Assembly: GCA_003971905.1 (NCBI GenBank)
Contig: RSEE01000061.1
Location: forward strand, 186,001 to 250,000
Source of the DNA: Moniliella sp. 'wahieum'
Lineage: Eukaryota
DNA length: 64,000 nucleotides
Reading direction: 5' to 3'
Shown: piece after piece, positions 25,871 to 36,004 of the stretch
Layout: every line of letters starts with the position of its first letter
Numbering within the stretch: the stretch's first letter is position 1
Position numbers and translations under genes: made by a program
Notes under the pieces: model-generated
What the model was told of the DNA's origin: nothing
What the model saw: only the letters and a program-made list of their open reading frames with translations
Database searches by the model: none

Positions 25871-28800
25871 GCGTGCCAGCGGGGGTGGGGTGGGGGCCGG
25901 GGTTAGGGATAGGACGAGGAAGGACAGGGCAGGACAGGCAGCAGCGCAGCACACAGCACAGATCCCAGCAACACAACACGCTCAGAACTCAGTACACGCA
26001 GTACTCAGAACTCAGCGCCACACAACAAAGCACAGCACACAGACGATGGGAGGGCTATGCGTGCGCGGCGGGGACCAGGGCCATGGTTCGCTGCAAGCAG
26101 ATGGAAGTGTCTAGGCGGTGGAGCAGGTGGTGGTGGTCGGCGTAGGTCGCGTGGCCGCTGGCGATCAGGATGGATGGCCAGTGTGAACACAGGGTCTGTA
26201 CATAGCAAGCCGGCCACAGACCCCACCTGGTGGAAGCAGCCCAGCTTGGCTTTTGGTTTTTTCATACAGGCCGCAGCCACGCCTTTTCTGGGGCTGCAGG
26301 CGAAGCAAACCCGGCGGAGAGGCAGGGGGGCAGTGCAAACAAGTGAGGCCCCTGAACGTGACAAGACCCTGCCTTGCTCTCGGCTTCCATGCTCGCGACT
26401 CAGAACTCGGATGCGACGTTCGACGTTCGACATTCGGCAGAGAACGCCCGCCGGACGCCAAGCGGGGACTGCCACCGCCACTACGCACCTTCAATGAGGC
26501 TCTTAGTCACTATAGTCGCTCAGAGTCTCTGCCATTCCTCCCTTCTAGTCAAAACCCAGTACTCAAAATATAGATAGGCAGCTCCATGTCTCATGTATGG
26601 TTTTCGTCCATATAGCACTCAAGTTCCCCAAAAGCAAGCCAAGTTGGCGTTGGAGGCAACCTATTACCCGCATCCCCGCCTCACCGGCCCCTCGTCCATT
26701 CAATATTCACGCTGGTGGGGCTAGAGCGACCCACTTTGGGGCCGCAGCGCGCATCGAGTCTTAAGCATAGCATCATCCTTCGGTACTCAGTTCTCCGCGC
26801 GCCAGCACACCGCAGTTAAATCTATAGCTCGAAGCGTTGGATTCGTTAAACGTTAATCATTCCTGCCAGAGAGCGTCGCACAAGCCTTGGTGTTTCCACA
26901 CAAGGTTCTGATATTCCTGAGTGTTGCTTGCCTGTTGCGTTCATTCATTGGGCGCTTCTCTGATCGAGATCGATGGCCCGTGGCGCGGGGGGGCTTGTCC
27001 AGTGGGGCGCCGGAGCCAAGTGGCGCTTCTAGCAAACCTGTGTCTGACGGTTGACAATCGTCGGCGTTACTCGGCGCAAGCCCTAGTGGCACGATGCATG
27101 ACCCATGTCACACGTCACATGTCACAGGGAGATGGGATAGACAGCCCCCAAGCCTCCGCGTAGCAGAATACATATCCCTGTTTGGGATCGAATGGGGGGC
27201 CCAGTGCCCAGTGTCCAGGAGCCACAGCCACTCGGCCACTCAGTATACTCAGTGCCAGCCTGAGGACTCTCAGGTCTCAGATCTCAATGTACTCCGTACT
27301 CAGCACTCCCTCACGCGTCACGTCATCACTCTACCCGCCCCCGATTAGCCACTGATCCCGACCCCCTGCCCAGCCGCCACCGCGGGCCACTTCAGCCACC
27401 ACAGGCCATCCTGCATCCACACCGCCAGAGAGCCTCAAAGGACAGGCATCATGCATCAGCAATACATCAGGGTGTGCGTCCTATAGGTAGGCTTTTACCG
27501 GCTGTAGCGCTTCGCTTAAACGCTAAGCGCAAAGCGCGCGCGACAGGTTGGCGCCAATTCGGAGCTTGGAACTTGGAATCGCCCACGCACAACGCACCAA
27601 AAACACACTATTTCGGCACACTCCTCCGCCCAGATCATCGATCACCGACCGATTCGATCACCTGCCTCAAAGCTAATAGAGTTTCTGGCCCAAGGGGTAA
27701 TCGGGAACTTCGATGTTGTTACATGCTATTGTAGCGGACACACTCAAGTGAGGCTTGGGGACCACTGCATTGTGGAAGTCGGATTAGGAGGCAGAGCATT
27801 GTGAAGGGGGGGGAATGGGCCCGTCATGCATATTGACAGCCTGGCCGGTGACCGCTGAGTGTCGCTGGCTGAGAGCTGGGGAACTGCGAGAGCTGAGAGA
27901 TCTGAGATGACGCGGATGACGAGTTCCGCGTTCCGCGCACCCCTTTCACGCTTCCTTCAACAGCTCTGTCGACTTCATCGACATCCCCCGTTTTTCCCTT
28001 CAGTCTTCTTTTTGTGAAGCTTCAAGCTTCGGATCTTCAGACGTGCTATTAGATTGGTGGCACTTTCTTTTCACGTTGTTTGAGATCCAAAAGCTTTCAC
28101 ACGTCACGCGTCACATGTCACAGTCGAACCCCCGCACTACCCAGGATCTTCGATAGAACGCGCCTGTAAGGTTCGGGCGCCGATACGATTGAGATTGAGA
28201 AGTGAGATCAATGATCTGAGAGCCAAGTGCCAAGTGCCAAGTGCCAAGTGCCAACAGAAGCAAATGATGCACTGATAGAGAGAAGGGAACAGGATCAGCG
28301 AAGAGCAATGATCAATGAGAAGATTTACTTGATAACTTGGTAGCTAAGATGGCCATGTCATGCATTACATTAAACGGAAAGAAAGGCGAAGGAACGGGAG
28401 GGAGATGGACCAACAAGCAAAAGGGGAGCAAGAAGAAAAGGACCAAGGCGGGAAATGAGGAAAGGGGGAAGCCGGGGGGGGGTGACGACCTGATCCAAGG
28501 AGCGGTGCATGGTGCGGAGGCGAGCTGCGGCGATGGGCTTCTCCGGGCTAGTTGAGCGGAGGCGAAGAGCGACGAGGGACGTAGCGGACAGCCGTTCGGC
28601 CGGCCTGTTTCGGCCTGCGGGCAATCGCGAGAACGAAGAGCGACGCGACGCGTGAGTCGAGGACGGGAGCCTTGAAGCTTGACACGATAAACCGTCAGCG
28701 CCGCCGTTACAGGTGTGCCCGGCGTTAAACAAGAATGATGTGGTGGTACTCGGAGACGCCAGACACCAGCGTGCTAACCTACCCTTGGACGGGCGTATCT

Positions 28801-29311
28801 TTCCGGCATTCCACAAGGGCCGGGTTACTCGGGGGCACTTCCACATCGCAGCGAAGTGGTGCCAAACCTGCAGTGACAGTATGATGGCAAACACACCTTT
28901 CTCTGACACCTTCCAACGCAGCTGAGAGTTGCACAGGGCGTGCGAGTCGCACGCCGCCGGATGCCACCTCCCCGCTGCCCGGGCTGGGCGAGGACCGGGC
29001 CAATACCCATGCCCGACACTCCGTCTCCAAGTGGAGAGGGTTGGCTGTGTCAAGCTGGATAACGACCGGAGCCGAGGGGAAGCGGCGCTTGAGCGCGACA
29101 AAGACAGATGCATAGAAAGGGGACAAATCAAAACGCGCTCCCTTGCTCAGGAGGCGCTAGAGATGGGGAGCAATGGGGGTAAAGGACGGAACAAAATGGG
29201 AATACTGGTTGGCGAAGCGCAGGAAGACTTGCGTCTCTCGAATGGATCTTGGCTGAGGTCATCGTTGAGCCGCCGGCGAACAGCGGCACCGGAAGAGGCA
29301 CAGTAGACGCA

Positions 29312-30246
29312 TTAGAGAGATCCAGCGGCCGCCCTGGCCGCTCGCGGCACGCGGGTCGGGCATTGTCGAAGGAAATGTCCCGCCTTGCCACAGTAGAGGC
29401 AGAGGTCATGCTCGAGGCGAAACTGACGGCGCGTCTTTGCCGAGTTTTTCCACCGGTCTGGGTCCAGCGACTGCGGCACTCGTGTCCATGGGCTCGGCCT
29501 GGGACTGTTCGGATGGAAAGAAGTGATCGAGGGCGATGGCTCGGTCGCGGACTGTGGCGTAGGGTTCGAGCGGGGCTTGCCCCCGGGGTGCCAGGGACAG
29601 GACCTGGCGCTTGATGTCCTCGCGTAAACCCAGCACAAACATGGCCTGCTGCATAACTGGAGGTAAGTCGTACCCGAGACGCTGGATGGCGTCCTCAAAG
29701 CGATGAGCGTATGCGTCCACCGAGCTAGTCTGGCGGCACTCCCGTAGGTCAGTGACCGCCGTAAGATGCGGGTACGGATCTCCCCACCGGAGCAGGAACT
29801 CCTCTCGGAAAGCGTCCCATGAGCGCAAAAAGGGCGCGGACCGGGCCTCCGGGGGGTGGTCCATCTGCGTCGACCACGACAACGACCACTGCATGGCGGC
29901 TCCGCGCAGGTTACTAATGACATTATTAATCTTGAAGTCGTCGCTGAGGGGGGCCGTGAAGGCGCGAAGCCATGGCGGAGGCGGCAGTGCCTGTGATGGG
30001 CGTTGCACAAATCTTCCTTGGCGCCTCCATGAGGTCCGTGTGCCGAGTCTCCTGCCGATGATCTTGTTCCTCCTGGGAAGCGGCATGGGCCTGGTCCCCC
30101 TCGAACGTAGCCAACTGGCGGACAATATGCCCGAAGGTGGCAGCGTCCGACAGCGTGGGGGCCTCATGCTGGGCGAGGGCAGGGGTCAAGGCGCCCAGAG
30201 GCGTGGCCCACTGCTGGGCAGGCGAATCTTGGCCGGGGGTGGACAT
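29312..30246 (-). mobile_element. Solitary Ty3/Gypsy-type gag ORF (capsid + CCHC nucleocapsid); no pol or LTR seen
   Basis: DDFKI..V.SNLRGAAMQW; WDAFREEFLLRWGDP; RQTSSVDAYAHRF; FVLGLREDIK; EPMD; LCLYCGKAGHFLRQCP; stop at 29312; two frame changes. Confidence 0.85.
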
Positions 30247-31522
30247 GGGGGTGGGTTGATGGTACTGGGTGGGCTCGTCGGCGGCAGGGCAAGGCGGAGG
30301 CAGTGCGAATGTAGCAGCTCTAGGTCGTATGGAGCGATTGGCTGCCTGCGCGGGCCTCTCGCGATGTCAGGGTGGGGCAACACGCGAGAGAGCAAAGCAT
30401 AAGCGACGCCAAGGATGCCCTGGCCGCAAGAAGAACACGATCGGCGAAGAGCCGTGGCGCGTGGGATCTGGGATATGAGATTGTTCGCATTCATTTCAAC
30501 TGTTCAACACGTTCGCCCATCCAAAGTAGCGAAGGCGGAAAGAAAAATCCCCGTCATGCAATGCCAAAAGCCCTGCTCACAGGGCAGCCTCTAGTCAAAG
30601 CCCAACCAACTCGACTCTTGGAGGAGGCTTCTGGCCCACTCCAGGCTTCGGGGCCGACTCTTGAATAGAGTCGTAGCATGGCCAGGGGCACGGGGGTACC
30701 CCCTCCTTTGGTCTTCCCGATGTCCTTCCCACCCCAGCGAACAATGGCCGGTGGCTGGGCTGGGTGCTGCCCATACGGCAAGGGAAGAACGACCCTTCCC
30801 CCCGCTTCCGAGGGGAGCCGCTCCCATACAGGGTTCGTGAGGCGCAAGGTTCAAGCCGTCACCGAGTAGTGCCTGGAGCGTACATTCCCTCCCTTGTCAA
30901 GTTCTCGTGACTAGACGGATATGCCAAACCCGGGTAGCAATGTATTTCGAGGCGACACTTGCTTCTTCCGGAAAATGGGAAAGGGGCCTGGGACGAGAGG
31001 TTGGTTGCTCTCAGATTACATGCTGGGCATTGGTGTCATACTTGCGTCTGTGGAGGGAGCATGGATGTGCTGAGCAGACGCTATGCCACTCCGCTTTGGC
31101 GAGGTCGCGTTCTAGTTCCAGGGTGCAAGCCTGCTGCCAGCCCCCAGAGGGCCACGACGAGTACCTACCTACAAGGCGAGAAAGGCGATATGAATGGCGG
31201 TAGGCTTGTATAGTATCCAGAACATCAGCATTGCCTTCAGAGCGTGTTCTGCCGCTACATGGAACGTATCTGCATCGTGCATAACCATGCATTCGCATCC
31301 AGCGCACGTACCTCACCGGCCCCCCCTTGCAACTCATACATAACTTCCCACCCTCTCAATTCAGACCAACCAAAACTCTATCAATGCTTTGGCACGTCCA
31401 GCCAATCCCACAGCCAAAGCCAGATATTAAGTGCGGGTGCCCATAGAATGCCACATCGTTGTGCGCTCGCGCCTAGGGAACGACCCCAGACGAAAGTTCC
31501 GCTGATCAAGTGGTGGTCCAGC

Positions 31523-31879
31523 TTAGAATTTTGGTAGCTTGAAGCCTTCACGGAAGAGAACGTGTTGTTTCACTGGGGACGGAGCAGTCATTGAGGAATC
31601 AGATATCTGAAGACAGGAAAAATGCAGCACACAGAGAAAGCGACGTACCCACGGGGTCATATTTGATGAAGGCCGCTTTATCGGCTACGCGTGGGCGTCG
31701 GACGGTATAGTAGTGGCCGGTGCCAGCCATGCTGTAGATGCGCACGAAGATGCTGCTGTGGGCGACAAGGCGCAGGCGTAAATACAAGAACAGGGTAAGG
31801 GGGTTAGATGCAAACAGAACCGACTGCCCGAGATACCATCATTTCACCACACGTACCGAGTGCGAGCCTTGCCCGCCAT
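31523..31879 (-). CDS. MRPL39: Mitochondrial ribosomal protein bL33m, 3 exons (31879-31857, 31755-31649, 31572-31523)
   Basis: MAGKARTR|SIFVRIYSMAGTGHYYTVRRPR..KYDPV|VKQHVLFRE; two GTACGT..AG introns keep the frame. Confidence 0.9.
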
Positions 31880-32100
31880 GGTTGCAGGGTGTGTGGGTAG
31901 GTGTAGACAGCGAGATTGGTGCCCGACTTGGCCTGACAGGCTAACCCTAAGCAGCTGAGGGTGTCCATCTCCGCGCTCCGGCCAGCCCAGTCGGTAGCAC
32001 AACCGACAGGCGGGGCGGGCGGAATAGCGCCACTATAGGGCGGGAATGGCATTGAACATTGAACATCTTGACGGAGACCCGCGTTGCTAACCCTAGTGGC

Positions 32101-32191
32101 ACGCGTTCTTTTTTGGGACGCGTTTGCGGGCACAAGGACAGTGTGCGCGACGCGTAGGCTGGGTGCCACGCACTCGACGCTCCCCACGCGT
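32101..32191. promoter_or_regulatory. Four MCB (ACGCGT) boxes upstream of PCNA
   Basis: ACGCGT at 32101, 32118, 32150 and 32186; ATG at 32275. Confidence 0.75.
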
Positions 32192-32274
32192 ATTTATTCC
32201 TGTCTGCGCGTTTGCACCCCATCCGTTCGGCACACCACCACCCTGTCTTCCGTGTTCCCTCGTTCTCAGTCACC

Positions 32275-33219
32275 ATGCTCGAAGCCCGCTTCCCCCAGGC
32301 CGTTCTGTTCAAGAAGATCCTTGATTCCATCTCGGGCCTGATCCAGGAGACCAATCTCAACTGCACCGATGAGGGGATCCGCATCCAAGCCATCGACACC
32401 GCCCACGTTGCCCTCTGTGGCGTCGAAATCCGCCCCGAGGCCTTTACTCACTACCGCTGCGACCGCCCCATGATTCTCGGTGTACCAATTGGCATGCTCC
32501 AAAAAGTGGTCAAGACGGCCAACAACGACGACACCCTCACGCTCCGCAAGGCCGACGGCGCCGACACCCTCACCCTAGTCTTTGAGTCTCTCAAGGCGGA
32601 TCGGATCGCGTCGTACGACCTCTCGCTCACCAACATTGACTCGGAGCAGATGGACATTCCCCCCACCGACTACAAGGCGGTTGTCACGCTCGCTTCGACC
32701 GAGTACGCTCGCATCACGCGCGACCTGAGCATCCTCGGCGAAGACATTACTGTGGGTGTGGACAAGAACTCGGTTCGTTTCGAAGCCAGCTCGGACGAGG
32801 GCACCGGCACACTTGTTCTCAAACAAGGCGGCGGCTCTGACGGACAAAGCACAAGCAACAAGCGGGCGCGCAAGGCCAAGCCCGAGGTATCGGATGACGA
32901 GGCGGATCCCGAAGCAGAGCCGGCGGAGGATGAAGATGAAGATGAAGTGGTTCCCTCTGCGGGCAAGCGGAAGCGCCAGCCTGCTTCGCAGGACGACGAC
33001 TCGGCTCCTTCGGTTGCGGTCCAGATTCATGTGGACCAAGCGGTGCGGCTCAAGTTTGCGCTCAAGTATCTCACTGCCTTCTCCAAGGCCGGCCCTCTTT
33101 CGCCAGCAGTGACTCTGCGTCTTTCCCCCGCGTTTCCTCTGCTGGTTGAGTATGCTTGGGAGCATGGTCATGTCCACTTTTACCTTGCACCCAAGCTGGA
33201 AGAGGACGATGATGCGTAA
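32275..33219 (+). CDS. POL30: PCNA sliding clamp with internal charged insertion, intronless
   Basis: MLEARF..LFKKI; QAIDTAHVAL; YRCDRPMILG; FALKYLTAFSKA; PLLVEY; FYLAPKL. Confidence 0.98.
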   Translation: MLEARFPQAVLFKKILDSISGLIQETNLNCTDEGIRIQAIDTAHVALCGVEIRPEAFTHYRCDRPMILGVPIGMLQKVVKTANNDDTLTLRKADGADTLTLVFESLKADRIASYDLSLTNIDSEQMDIPPTDYKAVVTLASTEYARITRDLSILGEDITVGVDKNSVRFEASSDEGTGTLVLKQGGGSDGQSTSNKRARKAKPEVSDDEADPEAEPAEDEDEDEVVPSAGKRKRQPASQDDDSAPSVAVQIHVDQAVRLKFALKYLTAFSKAGPLSPAVTLRLSPAFPLLVEYAWEHGHVHFYLAPKLEEDDDA

Positions 33220-35121
33220 TGTGCTGCGTGCACGCACCTGTACGGTTTGCGTTCGACGTAAGCTTTCCCCCGCTGCCTCCATCTCTTCCACTCTCAGGTC
33301 CTTTCCCTCCTCCCTCGCCTCCCATGTGTAATATGTCACCCAGCTTGGCCTCCCCCAACGTGCACTTATTGCACTGTGATGAGTATCAACATTCACGCAT
33401 CTGCCCTGTTGGGGTGTGAGCGGGATGCACTTGGTGTGCTCCACGCGCTAGATATGTTTTTAGGTGCTGCGCATTGGCCGTAGAGATGAGTGCTGGGAAC
33501 CAATTCCCATTCTCGCACTGCTGAATGGGTGGATTGGAGGGCCGCGAGGATAGTATTGTGGTTTTCCACCATATGGCCCGTGCTCGCATTCGTCCTGAAA
33601 GGGGAGGCTGCGCTGTGATCTCAGACCAGCAATACTCTTGGCCAGGATCGTGCGTGCCAACCAGATGCTCGGAGCGGCACGCAAATATTGACTGGGACAA
33701 AGAGGAAGCGATGGCGATCGCGATATGGGAAGGAGACATGGACAGAAAGGGGGAGGCCGCGCGCGTAGTAGCAGTCCAGGGCAAGTTGTCCATTTACGTG
33801 ACGACACAAATAGAGTGCCGGGATATCATACAACTTGCTCGTTGTCTACACTCTCCTTGGTCGGATACCCTCCATCCTCCGCACGCTGCCGCCCATGCCG
33901 CCCGCTTGCCCACGACCGCCCGGCTGGGTGGACCAGAACACGTGACCAGGGCGGATCACCCGTTCCTCGTTGCCAAACCTCATGTCTGATGCCATCCCGC
34001 CAAGACAAGACAAAGACGAAGGGCGATAAAGCCTTCTTCGGCACAGCTGTGGACCATGTCTGCCGTTGGGGCAAGTCAGGCCTACCCTATACCTCCGCTA
34101 AGCACTTACCGTGCATACCCCAGGAGCTTGTGGGTAGATCGCGGCGTGGGAACAGGACAACAAATTCATCCTCCTCACCCTCTCCCCGCTTCACACAGAG
34201 CAACTCACAAAAGCAAAGTATTGCGCAACAATACCCATTTCCTTTACTTCAGCCATGCGCAACGCTGGGCTGTCATAAGCGGCGACTGAAATGAAGACCG
34301 CGGTTAGTATTTGGTTTGGTCATATGCATGAGGATGCCATAGACATTCGACCTATACTAGGATTATAAACGGCATGAGTTCAGGCCAATGAGGCGATGGA
34401 ATTGAGTACGAGGGGAAGGGAATGCTGGAATGGCGGAAAGGGAGGAGGCCTACGCCATGCTTGCGGCATCCAGGTATGTCTCCCATCCTGGCTCAAGGAG
34501 GCTTGGGTACTGCCAGGCATGGCACGGCATGGGAAGGAAGAGAATGCAGGATGGCGAGGCGCGAAAGGGAGGATGCGTCCCGGGTGCATAAGTGCGCCAA
34601 GTCCTGGGGATACGTGTTTGCCACTTGCTCCACGAACCCAATATGACAATACGGTACTGCATCAGAGGGAAACGTCAGTTGAAACTGCTTCGTCAAGAGT
34701 CGAGTGAGGCCGACAGTGGGGCGGATGCTGACCACGTCGGGGACGAGGGCGGAAGCAGGCGTCCAGGACGGATGCGCAAAAGTGAATAAAATGCCAGAGA
34801 CAACTGCGGAACGGATTGTAAGAGAGCAGACATGATGTCCGGCAAGCACATTCCACAGACCATGGACCGAGGCAGAGCAGTGCACCCTACCCCCGACCCA
34901 AACTGGGATAGACCGTATGACACTCCACCTCGATCCCACTCAGGTCTCGCCCTCGACCCCCCATGTGGCGCCGCGTGACGAGAGGAGACTTACAATTAGC
35001 TTGGAGCACACGCACATTACAACAGAGCGGTACACGCCGCGGAACACGACAGCCCAGACGCTAGATAGCCACCTGTCAATGAGCGTCGATGCGGGCGAAT
35101 TCGGAAGAGGCGAAATGTGCT

Positions 35122-35703
35122 TCACATGAATTCAGCCGATTCACGCACAAGACGGCGCACCTGGCAGGATCCAGACAGGTTAGAAAATCAGGCGCAAGTC
35201 GGCGAAAGGGACGGTGGAACGTACACGCTTCTTGTACGCTGGCAGGTCCTCTCGCACCTGCTTGGCAGCATCAACGTTGGCAGGAGAGTCGGTGTTGGGG
35301 TGGTCAGAGGAGAGGAGGGAGATGACAGAGACGAGAATGCTTTCGACCGAGTGGACCGGCATCCAGCGCTCGCCGGCGTCTTCGTATCCATACTGGTCGG
35401 TGCCAGGGGGTGGAGGATGGAGATGCAGACAGTGCCGTCTTCGTAGATGTTGGGGTGCCACATCTTGGTGATAAAGCGCATCTTGGGGGGGCAGGGGATA
35501 CTCGGGGGGGAAGATGAGCTCGGCGTGGAGGAAACCACCCTCGTAGAGGGTGTCCTGGGGCCGATGATCATGATGTCCCACTCGTAGAGGTTGGAGTCGT
35601 CCTTGAGGCCGGCGCTGAAGCCGTCGACAGGGCGCTTGGTGAGCTCGGTGAGCTGGCGCTTGAGGAGGAGCGCATTGCCAGCAGTGGGGGCGGAGGTGCT
35701 CAT
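35122..35703 (-). CDS. Ubiquitin-conjugating enzyme E2, UBE2G/Ubc7-Cdc34 class with acidic loop (intron 35161-35224; frameshifts)
   Basis: LLLKRQL..PVDGFSAGL; DTLYEGG; WHPNIYEDGTVCISILHPPG.DQYGYE..ERWMPVHSVESIL; SPANVDAA. Confidence 0.93.
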
Positions 35704-36004
35704 GGGGGCGGTGGCGGTGGCGGTGGCGGCGGCGGTGGCGGGGGGCGGAGGGAGGTGGGGGTGGTCGGTGTGGGATCGGGGAGGAGCACGCACGGAAGCG
35801 AGCGCGACGCACTAGGGTTGGTTGCGCCTCGCGGCGCAGGAGCAGTGTGCCTGTCTCGTCGCCTCCCGCCCGCCGCCCGCCGCCCCGCCGCGGACTGGGC
35901 CGCTCGAAAATGAAATGTTCGCCCCGCCATTCCGCCGCTCTTTTTCCCTCCCTCGCCGCCTTTTTTTGGGCCCGACCGCCCCCTTCCCGCACCCCACCCG
36001 CGCC

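Noticed and set aside
29430..29460. Programmed frameshift between gag capsid and nucleocapsid at GGAAAAAC
   Set aside because: Not a proper in-frame X XXY YYZ heptamer, and the window is full of indel errors.
26500..31500. Full-length LTR retrotransposon around the gag
   Set aside because: No LTR-length direct repeats, PBS or pol motifs found; only an 11-bp match (cccgtcatgca) at about 27820 and 30550.
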